A stretch of 64,000 bases of DNA, taken from contig CM059435.1 in NCBI GenBank assembly GCA_030390025.1, positions 36,580,001 to 36,644,000 on the forward strand, read 5' to 3'. The stretch comes from Squalus acanthias (lineage: Eukaryota). The stretch's first letter is position 1, and the number at the start of each line of letters is the position of its first letter. The notes under the pieces were generated by a model. That model saw only the letters and a program-made list of their open reading frames with translations, did not search any database and was not told the DNA's origin. The position numbers and the translations under genes were made by a program. Positions 22,807 through 34,780 of this stretch are shown one piece after another.

Positions 22807-23333
22807 ACGTGTCCTGATTTTACATTGCGAGCGCCAACCGCCACTGGTCACGCCGGGCTGGGAGAGGAGGGAGCAGCGCGTGGCGCAGCCCCATTCTCTT
22901 ACCTCCTCTCGCAGGACAGAAAGCCTTGCTCAGATCTCAGAGGTTCAAGCAGGAGCCCAAGCCTGGATTTCAAGTATCAGCAAAGGAACAGCTGGAAGAT
23001 GAGATGTGAGAGCGAGACCACCTGCCCTGGTGCGGGGATTATTTTTGAGTAACATGTTTGTAATCATTTTTTGAAGAGCATCTCACTTCATGTATTCTTT
23101 TGATTTTAAATGAGTGGAATGATAAGATGGACTGAATATTTTTTTCAAAAATGAAATGTGGTGAATGAATTTGGTTTTATCTCTTGTCTATGTCAATCCT
23201 GCATAGGCTGCTTAGAAAGTCAAATTAGCATTGGATCTCGGCTGTTGAAAGTAGGTGACAGAAACCTGGATCCCACAGTACAGTTATATGGCATGGTATT
23301 GTACAGTAAGTTAGAGTCATAGCACACTGCACA

Positions 23334-23364
<31 letters not shown>

Positions 23365-23969
23365 GAGAGAAGAAGAAAGAGAAGAGCGAAAGAGAAATTG
23401 ATAGAATTGAAAGAGAAGCAGAAACGTCAACAAATAATTAATCTACAGAATGCTGGAGTTGCATTCTGTAGTTTGAAAGAATAATACTGGATTTATCAGT
23501 GTTATGTTACAACTACACAATTATTATTATGACTTCATGACAGTAGCATAGGATCTGACAAGAGGGAACAGCTGAAAGATAGGATTGGAGGGAGAGACTT
23601 GGAATTTTAATGATGCACATCCATCTGTCTTGATATCCATTGATATCCTTTTATTTGCACCATTTACTTTACTGATGATGATAAATTTAACAATTCAATG
23701 ATTTAAAAGTAGTTATTTTGCCTCAGCTGAACCCATGCTACTGATTCATTGGACAAAAACAATTCCTGCCAGCTTCAGTACCTTTCTTACAAAAGAAAAT
23801 AAAGTCTTTTCAAAAGCAAAATTAATTGTTTTTTTAAAAAACCGTGTCAGTAGTCTTCACTGTCCTTTTTGTACTTTCTCTCAAACTATGCAAGTTCTTA
23901 AAACTGCAGCTTGCAACCCAGAATACATGCGGCATCAATTAAGCAGATTACCAGAACATTCAGATGAAT

Positions 23970-24353
23970 TATGAAATTAATTTCTTATTGCTATGTGGAT
24001 ATGAATGGAAAGCCCACGTGCCTGATTTGTCAGCAACAGGCAGCTGAGGTGAAAGAAACATTCAAAGACACGATGAAGCAAACTATGGTGAGAAATATGG
24101 TAAGTACACAGGAAAGTTACATGAAGTTAAATTTTCTGATTTAGCACAGTTGTTGAAAAAGCAGTAACATTTACTAATGCTCACCACGTAAAGTGATGCT
24201 GCTGTTAAGGCGAACTATGTGATTGCCCATGAAATAGCTGGGTCATCGAAACCATTTTATGGGGGAGAATTTTTGAAGTTTGCTGACTGTGACCCACGTC
24301 AAATATCAGAATTGTAGATCGGGGAACCATATAAAATAAGTTTGACAACCCTG
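23970..24353 (+). mobile_element. Internally deleted hAT-Charlie (SPIN/GTF2IRD2-like) element
   Basis: BED-finger remnant GKPTCLIC and SDAAVKANYVIAHEIAGSSKPFYGGEFLK; right TIR GTTTGACAACCCTG followed by CTTTAGAG (Charlie-type target). Confidence 0.75.
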
Positions 24354-25008
24354 CTTTAGAGAGAGTGCAGATAAGAGCAACAAGAATGATCCATGATCTT
24401 TTCTTATGTTCTAATACTCCTAACCTTTTTATAAAACGCAAAACCATCCAAGACTTGAATGCTGCAGTGCCATGTTGGGATGTCAGTGTTGAGGAATAGA
24501 GTATCTTTTCCACTTTGGTAAAGGTCAGGTATAACATAAGCCAGGTGCAGAGTAAGGCTCTTTCTAATCAGTGGTGTAACTCCAAATTTAGAACACTTTC
24601 AGTCTGTACAGTGTGAATTTTTCCCATTTCCTACATATCTTTATGGCCAAGGTAAGTGCCAATTTACACACAATTATGGGCAGCTTTGTACTGTAAGCCT
24701 GCAATCACTAATTGACGATAGATACCGCCCAAGAAAAGGCTATTCAGTTAATCAAAGCTCATCCCTCTTGAACTCCCCTGATGTCTGACTCAATACCTTA
24801 TCTGTTAGATTATTAGTATTGTCACTTGCATTTTAGCTACGTCAGTACCCCCAAAAATCAATGCTGGGTGGTTGGTGGGGTAGGGCGGTGGTGAGAAAGA
24901 GAACACACCTAAGCCAGTATACTCCATGCTCACTCTTTGATCAGCTTATAACTTGTCCAAGTGCTCGGTCATTATGTTTCTGATGATACATTCCACCACC
25001 AGCAGCGA

Positions 25009-25507
25009 CGACAACAACTTGCATTTATATAGCACCTTTAACATAGTAAAACGTCCTAAGGCACTTCACAGGAGTGTTATGAAACAAAATTTGACACCGA
25101 ACCACATAAGGAGCTATTAGGGCAGATGACCAAAAGCTTTGTCAAAGAGGTAGGTTTTAAGGGGAGCGCCTTAAAGGAGGAAAGAGAGGTAGAGAGGCGG
25201 AATTCCAGAGCTTAGGGCCTCGGCAGCTGAAGGCACGGCCACCAATGGTGGAGCGATTAAAAATCGGGAATGCACAAGAGGCCAGAATTGGAGGAGCGCA
25301 GATATCAGAGGGTTGTAGGAGGTTACAGAGATAGGGAGGGGCGAGGCCATGGAGGGATTTGAAAACAAGGATGAGAATTTTAAAATTGAGGCATTGCTCA
25401 ACCAGGTGCCAATGTATGTCAGTGAGCACAGGGTGAAGGCTGTACAGGACTTGGTGCGAGTTAGGATACAGGCAGCAGAGTTTTGGATGAGCTGAAGTTT
25501 ATGGAGC
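25009..25507 (-). mobile_element. L2 3' end
   Basis: KLQLIQNSAA, HWHLVEQCLNFKILILVFKSLHGLAP; tail GCTATATAAATGCAAGTTGTTG. Confidence 0.9.
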
Positions 25508-26789
25508 TTCCTCACAACTGATTTAAAATCGACAGGTCAACAGTTACCTGGTTTCTCCCTCCCTTCTTAAATAACGGAGTAACATTTGCAATTTTCCAAT
25601 TCAAAAGGCACAATTCCGGAATCTAGAGCACTTTGGAAAATTATGATCAATGCATCTGCAACTTCCTCACTTATTTCTTTTAATACTCTGAAGTGGAAAT
25701 GATCAGATTCTGGAGATTTGTATATCTCGAGTCCCTCCCTCAGTACAGCACTGAAGTGTCAGCCTAGATTATGCACTTAAGTCCTTCTGACTCGGGATAG
25801 AGTGTTACCAACTGAACCAGGCTAATACTATAGAAATATTAAACCAAAGATCTTAGTTTTGTCACTTAAATTTTACAGTAAGATAAACTTGAACAGTGGA
25901 GCTTGAATAAAGGAACTCTATAATTCTTCACATTATCAGCATTAGTCCCCAAAAAGGAACAACGACCAATACATACAAATACATTTTGTGGTGTGCTACT
26001 GAGCTATACATAGTAGAAGGTCCGAGAATGAATCATCGGTCTGCGCTGAGTTAGACGCGCTCAGCCTGGCCAGCAGTTGGGGCACTGCAATCGGTCGGTG
26101 CTTGGGAAATCAGCTAGAGTTCCTGCTCCTGATTTGTATTCAGTGTCCTCCACTGGAAAGTGTACATGTTAGATAAGAACAGGATCAGGCTTGGTTACAG
26201 TGCCCTCCATGGGCAAATAGACTGCTGACGTTAATTTATAGGCTTGCATTTCAAGAATGGCCACCTGGCCGAGGTACTGGAAAGCCAACGGTGGCTGTGA
26301 AAATGCATTCCAGCAAGAATCAAGGCCTTGAGAAAATTGGAAGAAAAAAAATACATATTTTCCAATCCAATCTCAAATTCATTGATTTCAAATAAGCTTC
26401 CCTCACTTTCAAACTCGATTTTTTTTTTTTTTAAATGAACTGCTTTTGCTCTTAGAACTTTTCCTGCTGTTTGCGGGGAGTGATGACACTGATGTCCCCC
26501 ATCCTTAAACACAGGATATGCAGCTCAGTGACCAATCTGATAATAGATGTTGATTGGCATCCATTCTTCAGCTAATCCTGACAATGTTTAAGTTTTTATT
26601 TGTTCGTTTTTTTTTTAAAAAGTGATTTTAATTTGTATTGGTGCAATGCTTTATAACAGACTGAGCTGAAATGATACCCAATTTTATAGACAGCAGCTCG
26701 GATTTCCACAGCCAAAATTTTTGCTGGCAAAATTAGTTTGTGATGCAACATCTGAACCAGCAGCTGGACTGCCAGCTCTTCCCTGCACA

Positions 26790-27900
26790 TGTGCTGGAGG
26801 AGGGTACAGAGAAAGAAGGGACAAGGCCGTGAAAGGATTTAAACGCGAACGAGAGAATTTTAAATCGGCGGAGTTACTGGACCTGGAGGCAATTGTAGGT
26901 CAGGAAAGACAGAGCGTTGGGTGAACGGGACATGATACAGGATAGTGTATGGGCAGCAGAGCTTTGGATGAGCTGAAATTTACAATATGGGAGGCTAGCC
27001 AGGAGAGCATTGGAATAGTCGAGTCTAAAGGTGACAAAAGGCATGGATGAGATGGGCTGAGGCAGGGGTGGAGGCGGCCAATGTTACACAGATGGAAGTG
27101 AGTGGTGTTTGTGATGGAGAAGCTATGGGGTTAGCTCGGGGTCAAATAGGACGACAAGGTTGCAAACAATCGGGTTCAACCCGAGACAGTGGCATGAGAG
27201 GGGAATGTAATCAGTGGTAAAATTATGGAGTTTGTAATGGGGGTCAAAGACAATGGCTTCAGTCTTCCCAAAGTTTAACTGGAAGAAACTGCAGCTCATC
27301 CAAGACTGGATGTCGGACAAACAGACTCACAGCACAGAGGCAGTGGAAGGGTCACGAGAGGTAGTGCAGGATGTCATCAGCATACATGTGAAAGCTGACC
27401 CTATGACTTCAGATTACATTGGCAAGGGGCAGCATGTGGACGAGGAGGGGATAGATCTTTGGAGGAGGCCAGAGAGGCAATAGTGTGCGGGTGAGAATAG
27501 AAGCCATTACTGGAGATGATCTGATTATAATTGGATAGGTCAGAGTGAAACCAAGCAAGGGCAGTTTCATTGAGTTGGACAATGGAAGAGAGGCATTGGA
27601 GGAGGATGGTGTGCTAGACTGTGTCAAAAGCTGCAGAGAAGTCGAGGAGGGAAATGCACCATGCTCACAGAGGATGTTATTTGTGACTAGATTGAAGCCA
27701 TTTCAGTGCTGTGGCAGGGGTGGAGGCCTGACTGGAAGAATTCAAACATGGAGTTGCAGGAAAGATGGGCTTGAATGTGGGAGGTAACAAGTTCAAGGAC
27801 TTGAGAGGAAAAGAGGTTGATGATAGAGCAGTAGTTTACAAGCACAGCAGGTTGAGGGTAGGTTTTTTTTTTTGAGGAGAGGGATGATGACTGAGGCATG
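26790..27900 (-). mobile_element. L2 ORF2 fragment
   Basis: QSGLHPCHSTE and SDIQSWMS..QLNFGKTEAIVF motifs. Confidence 0.8.
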
Positions 27901-28023
27901 GGGGAAAAAGTGCAAAAGATGTCAATGGATTGCCATGGATAGAGTTGCAAAGGGAAGGAACTCAGAGAGCTCCTGAAAAAAAGCATGGATGAGCTGGTCA
28001 TACCATGAAATGCACATTATAAT

Positions 28024-28762
28024 GGCCCAGATTTTGCATTAATAACAACAGTGAGGCTATCAGCACTCACCGTTATTATGGAGCAACTTCCGGAGTCCGC
28101 ACATGCGCAGTTAAACGCAGAAATCCGGATGTTGCTGTCCACGTTGCCCTGCTCCTCCACAAGCTTCACTACACCGGTACTTCGTCGATAGACTCGGCAT
28201 TGAAATCCACGCAAGGGCGTGAAGTTGCTGTACTTACCTACTAAACCAACCAGAAAAAGTTTGGGCTGGTGCACTCAGATGTAAGTGAATTTTTAATGGT
28301 GTGATAAATCATAATTACTGCCAAACAACCTCTCTGGCATTGAAAATTTAATTTTACAAATGTGGAGTCTCATTCCTTCAGAATTTAATTATTGTTGGAG
28401 ATTTTTTTTTAAATTATTTTTACTTTTTCTTTCTGTATCTTATCTCTCTCTTAATCCCATATTTCTTTCCCTCTCCTTATTTTGCTTGCTGTACATGATT
28501 TGACAATGAATATTCTAATTTATTCTCCCTGGTTTAGACTCTGCATGTCTCAGTGAGGATTCTTCAATCTGATTGGTTGAAGAGCCACACTGTTGCTTTC
28601 ACAGCTCACACGCCACAGATCCCCAGTAGAGGGCACTGCGCTGGAAATTATCTCTAAATACCAGAGGTTGTCGCTCAAAAGCACGCAAAGAGTCTGTGGG
28701 CAGCTACAGGCGTGATGAATGGCGAGCACTGTTCCTTTGCCGCTGACCGCAAAATCTGGGCC
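28024..28762. mobile_element. Harbinger-type MITE
   Basis: Perfect IR ATAATGGCCCAGATTTTGC / GCAAAATCTGGGCCATTAT; AAT/ATT flanks; interior similar to 52694-53584. Confidence 0.85.
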
Positions 28763-30218
28763 ATTATGTAATAGCAATCTGCTGCTGGATTCGAAGCTTC
28801 TGCTTATAGCCCACTAAATGCATTTAGCCGGTTCTATACACCCCAAGAATGCAGGCACACAGAACTAGCTCTGCCTCAACATCCAGGTCTGCTGTGATCA
28901 GAAAAACACTTAAAATAAATTATAGTAAATTTTAGTTTAAATGGATATATTGAAACTCTAGGAACTCCACTAATTAAAAAAAAACGCTTCATACTGTATA
29001 TTGTGCAATGTTTAAATTGAATCTATCAATAGCTTAAGCTATGCTGTGTTTCTGTAAAATTCGATCCAAGGTCACCCCATCCCCTCCCTTGCCCAGAAGT
29101 TAAGTGACCTGGGTCAACATCTGATGTTCCACAAAATGTGTGCAGCAATCAAGTTTCTCTTTTCTCACAACAAAGCCCAGGATGCCAATAGAGACTGGAC
29201 TCAATATGAATCAAAATAAGCAAAGATCACACGTGGAGGATGCACCTCCCACTTCTCCAAGACTAGAGCATCAAAAAGGTTAGTGTCTCAAAAGTTCATT
29301 TGTGAGCAGTTTAGTTGAACAAGTTTTTATTGAATTCCATTTTGAATCTGTGTTACAGTACAGCTTTCACTGTAAATCATTAGAATACGAGTCTTTTCAA
29401 ACACTTCAGTTAGACGGGTCAACCTCTCCCCTCCCCCTCAATATTCCTTCTTTCCCGAAGGTGACAACTTATGCTGGCAACAGTACCTCACTGAAATAAT
29501 TACTGCATGTTCCAGCCTGAAGCTGATATTCCCCCCTTCCTAGCCCAAGGACACTAAGGCCAATTATAGTACCTGCACCACTTAAATCAGCTAACACAGC
29601 ACAAGTCAACTATTCAATCTGAAACCTTCATACTCTATATGACTCAGTGCTACATTTGCACAATAAATCCTGGACCTGGTGCTTTGAAATTAACATTCAA
29701 GCAGATCCATTCCTATGATATGGCAATCAGATAGTAAATGTTCCTATTATAAAATCAATAAAATTTGCATTAGTAATGGATTCTGATGATAAGTTTACAA
29801 GTCATTTAAAATGCTGCAGTTTATACAGCATCAACACTTTAAATCTGAAAACCATATTGGCATCGGTTTGTCCTGTATAGCCTGTCTAGAGAAAATATTC
29901 TGCTTCCACCTTCAAAAATCTTTGGAAAAAAATTCTCAAAGATTTAAGGAATTTTCTTAATTAGAAGACACTAAGCTGCTTAAGCTTGTGGAGTTTTTGT
30001 TCACATAATGCACTGACTAAAATATGTCTCTAGCAAACATTATAAATATCCTACAACGTACATACACAAAGCAAACTGCAACTAATGCTTTTGTTTAAAA
30101 ATTTTAAGGAATCTAGCACCATTTATTTGTAAACAATTTCCTAGTAAATCCATTCAGTTTTTTATTTCTAACCTACCTGCCACCAAACTATCTCAATGTA
30201 TGAAATTGTCTACTGTAC

Positions 30219-30530
30219 CTTTATCGTTTTAAATTCTTTTTTCCAGGGATATAGAAAGAGATTAGTGCAGAAGGTTTCCAGAATTCCAAAGGCAGTGAGA
30301 AGTGCACTTAAACTTGATGTTCGGAGCATCGTCAAGGCATTCTCCACCATATCATAAAATCTAAACACCTTAAATCTGTCACTGGACTCGTGGCGATATA
30401 AATCAAGTAAGGATGTAGCCGTCTTCTTAAGGCCTGCATCATCAACTATGTGCTCCTTTTCACTCAATTTTAATTCACAAATCTGTACATATTTCCGAAA
30501 CAAAGTGTCTCTGATTTTATTTGTATCCAT
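30219..30530 (-). CDS. SPATA2: SPATA2 first coding exon (104 aa, PUB domain)
   Basis: MDTNKIRDTLFRKYVQ...LETFCTNLFLYPWKKEFKTIK, then AAG|GTACAG donor in phase 0. Exon acceptor is upstream at 30650 or 30646. Confidence 0.96.
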
Positions 30531-32475
30531 TAGGAACAGTTTGTGTGGGACACAGTTCACCACAACTGGTCCATGGCCTTCCTGTTGTTTTCAGACTGGG
30601 AGTAGTTTCTAGATTACAATCGCTGATGCCAGGGAAAGTGAGGCACCTAACTGTAACAGGAAAGGAAGACAAATAATTAGAAATTAAACTATGACACATG
30701 AACGCAAATCACTACTAGATAAGGAAGGGAAAATAGTAAATAAAACAGTTGAGGATATGCTTTAATCTATCAACTGCTTGTTGTAAAATTATACAATAAA
30801 AATCACCTCTAAAAGGGAAAATAAAAGCAAAAATCTAATTCTTAAGTGAATATGCAGTCATAAAAAATTGTATTTATATCAGAAAATTAACCAAACCAGA
30901 CCAAAATGAATCATCAGCACAGTACTTTATATATCAGAATAATAGTTGTAAAGGCAAAATGTCAAACTGGAATTCAAATGCTTACAACCAATTTTTTTTT
31001 TTTTTTTTAAAACAGTACAAATATACTATAATGGGATTTCCAGAATATTAAGAACAGAAAAGTGTTCAATAAATTCTCGAAAGTAAAGTCAGTTAGGTTC
31101 AAAGATGACTGTGCTGGTAAACATCAGCACGCTGTAGGCTCTTTCTATCTGACTTAGTGGAAAGCCCAAGCCTATAGTGTAGTCATGTTTTCTTTGAGGT
31201 GTATGTCTGGTTTTCCCAAAATAATGTCAAGAACATTTTTTTAAATTATGCCATATATGTTTCAAATTGCATTTCAGTTAAATGGAGTACAAACATGCCA
31301 ATATATTTTTATATAAAACAAAAACCTCACTCTTGATCAAAACTATTTCTTACTGCAATCTTTACTTCCATAAAAACAAAACTGGTTACACAAGGGACAC
31401 ATATCTATCAAGGATTGCAAAAATATTGCAATTTTTTTACCTATGAGAGATATTTAAGCATATCCCACATAACTGTTATTATTGAAAAATTTCAAACACA
31501 TTTGCTCTAAAGTTTAGATGTAATTTAAAAATAATAGAACAAAGCGATTTACCCCATCACAATGTGGAATTTTGCCATTTAATATTTCTTGTTCAAAATT
31601 AGTGCAAAAATATTTACTCAGCAGTCCTAATTTTTTCCTTAATTATACATATCAGTATAGAAAAGAACTTCAATAAACTTCAAGCAGCAATTAGCTCATC
31701 TTTCTTCTCCAAGATGTTGATCAAACAGCTGTATATTTCCAATTTATATTTTAATGTCTACTGGCTAGATTAGTGCTTTGATATTTCAATAAGGCAAGCT
31801 TCAAGCCAAATCTTTTTTGGGGAAGAGAACATTGTTACCGTACACCAATACGATATCTGTCACAACTAAAACATCAACTTTTCCCTCATTGGTAGTGAAC
31901 TTCATGATTAGTACCAGCTATATTTTTCAAAACAATGCAATTTTTGAAATTTCAAATTCAGTTTCAGCAATCTTTGTTCCGGAGGCTCAATGGTGTAACT
32001 ACCCAACAGGGAAGGGTATTAACTTGCTGGCAACACAATATTAACAGTCTGTAATTAAAAAGAAAACAGAAGAGTAACAAAACAAACCACAAGGAATGAG
32101 ATGTGACAAGAGATACAGGCAAAGGATGTGCAAGAATGAAGTACCTGTATTTATATTTCAAAATAAGAAACAGCTCACACCACACAGCAGCAAAGTCACA
32201 AATGAGCTGTGAAAGTCATCTGCACTAATGAAATATAGAAATGGGTATTTTTGGACATTAATTACTTATTCTATTTATATCGCAAGTTTGTACAATTTAT
32301 GTATCAAGTACTATTTTTCGTTTTATTTTAAACCTTGAAAGCAGTTAAGCTTCCACAGCATTAAAGCACATGCTGGTCACTACACATTTCACTATCCATA
32401 AAGTAAACAACAATTTTTAGAGCTTTCAGTTGAACTGTGCATAACTGCAGTCAATACATACATGTGGAACACAAT

Positions 32476-33200
32476 GGCCCTGAAATTGCGGTCTCCGTGA
32501 TGGTGTACTCCCGAGTACACCGTCGTAATCCATTTGAAAGGCCCCGCAACTTCCGGATTTCCGCTTACGCGAAATCCAGAACTTGCGATTTGTCAATGTA
32601 CAACTTGACAGATCATCCGAACCGCCTGAAAAATGAGTATTGCTGGCGCAGAATAGGGTTATTTGCCCAACAATTGCCCACGCAACTCTTACAGTTGGTA
32701 AAAGCAGGTGATGGGCCTGCTTTCATCAGTGTAAGGGTATATACAAGGCTTAAATAAAACATTTAAAAAGCCAAAATTATGCACATACATGTTAAATGAG
32801 TTTTTGCAAATATTGGCCCAGACTAAGATGTTTAAAATTATCAAAAAATATATATTTTTTTTTATTGAGGTTGGCGCAATGAAGGAACTTATGAATAAAA
32901 TTACAATTCAGTACATTTATATTTTAGAATTCTGTACATTGTACAATTATTTTGGGGATTCCCTTCATAAATGATTGCAATGGAATCTTCCTTTGTCATT
33001 GGAGGACCAGGCCCACATGATCCCACGGATGCTTCCAAACCGCCTGCGTCCCTGGGATTCATTGGCCTTTACGCTGCCGTACGCCTGGAGGCTCAAGACC
33101 ACAACTCTTCGCAGCGTGGACGCCAGGAGGTAGGTTCGGATTTGTTTCGCGGGTCGGAGGCGTACTCCTGAGGTACGCCTCCGACCGCAATTTCTAGGCC
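32476..33200. mobile_element. Harbinger-type MITE
   Basis: TIRs GGCCCTGAAATTGCGGTC / GACCGCAATTTCTAGGCC; TSD AAT on both sides. Confidence 0.88.
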
Positions 33201-34399
33201 AATAAAAAGAGCACTATAGTCTACATATTGATATTTCTGCAGATTTTTACAGTTTATCAACATTTTATACTCCTTATAGCAATTAGTAAGGGTTGAGAGA
33301 ATGGTATAGATTACACATCTCCTTTACATTTATTGTTACCAATGCAATCAATTTCAAAATCCTGTCTGAAACACAATCTATTCAGATTGATGAGCGAGAT
33401 GCTTTTCCAATATCAGCATTAAAGCTGCTTCAAACAAATACATTTAAGAAGTCTCACATCTAACACATGTCTGTCATACCTCAAAGCATAAACTGTTTAT
33501 TTATATTTAAAAATCAGTTGTTTACTGTTGGTTTTTCAGACCCTGAATATCTGGTCCTTGAGTTGTGCCTATTTAGACCACATTCCCACAGGATGTGCTT
33601 GGCAGTGGCCTTAAAGGTCGGGCAAAATTAACCACTGCTCCATTTTAACAACTAAACATCACAAATGTGTTCCAGACTATCTTGGGAGCAATGCCACAGA
33701 TCTGCTACTAGTTGATTACTGAATTATGTGGTATACAAATTATATCTCTATCTACATGCTCCAGCATCCTTAACCCTAGCCTATCTGCGAAAACTGGACA
33801 CCAAAACTAGGTTCTTGGAATTGGTACGACTGCAAATTCAACAGGTTAAATCCAAGCTATGCTCTGATATATAAAGTATATTCGTCAGAAGGCAGGACTC
33901 TCTGGTCCAACAAAGATTAACTGCCCCTATCAACGTGTAACCATTACACTTTCAAAATTAACAAGATTTCATTTTGAACGACAAATCGATTCTTCGTCAT
34001 CATAATTACAGACTTTTTGCATCAACTTCCTGGCTGCTCAGTTTAGTGCTGCGTTTTATGTGCTCTTCTCTTAAAAATGAAAACACCGATGGAGGTTGCA
34101 CTGGGCAATGCCATTTCTGCCGCTCCAGAAACAAAAATATAACGCTGGCTACTGGAACACTACACATCCACATTGAGTCACAGCAATGCTATGTAGGCCC
34201 ACTGCCACTTGAATCAATGTACGATGTACGCTGTCCTCTAATGTGACGGCGCCATCTTCGATTCATCAAGCAACACTTGCACCTCAATTAAGAGTCATTT
34301 TTTTTCACCCCTGCAGTTCGTCGCTTTCTCGCCACAGCCCCGCGTATGGCCGTGTTATAAGGATGCCGGTTATAAGATGCGGCCAAGTGGCGGACTCAC

Positions 34400-34480
34400 C
34401 GTGCAATGGTATCCATTGAGGAATCGTTGCCGATCAGACTCGCGCACCTCCACCACCAGCAGCAGATTGCCCCACCGCCT
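34400..34480 (-). other. SPATA2: Predicted SPATA2 non-coding exon 1 (TSS approximate)
   Basis: CACG|GTGAGT donor at 34400/34399 within a CpG island; upstream CCAAT (34493-34497) and ETS CCGGAAGT (34507-34514); YY1-like GCCATCTT near 34251. Confidence 0.7.
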
Positions 34481-34489
34481 GCTCGCCCT

Positions 34490-34780
34490 CTGATTGGCTG
34501 TCGCCAACTTCCGGGTCCGCGAGCTCTTGAAGGCAATGAAAAAAAACCAAGGGCCGGCGCGTCTGCGCACTAGGCTGGCGAGATGGGAGGGGGGGCGGGT
34601 TAGCCGTCAAAACCCGAGGCCGGCGCGCCTGCGCATAAGGCTGGTGAGGAGGGGGCGGGGCAGCCGTCAAACCCAAGGGCCGGCGCGCCTGCGCACTAGG
34701 CTGATGAGGAGGGGGCGGGGCAGCCGTCAAACCCAAGGGCCGGCGCGCCTGCGCATTAGGCTGGCGGGGGCCGCCGACAA
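34490..34780 (-). promoter_or_regulatory. SPATA2 CpG-island promoter with about 3.5 copies of a 60-bp NRF1/GC-box repeat
   Basis: GCG(C/T)CTGCGCA at 34559, 34625, 34685 and 34745; GGGGCGGG(G) at about 34592, 34652 and 34712; CCAAT and ETS motifs. Confidence 0.8.

Noticed and set aside
34545-34780. Regular 60-bp periodicity resembling a CRISPR array, with overlapping ORFs 34434-34967 and 34494-34802
   Set aside because: Whole units repeat with no unique spacers, the context is eukaryotic with no cas genes, and the ORFs follow from GC-rich repeats.
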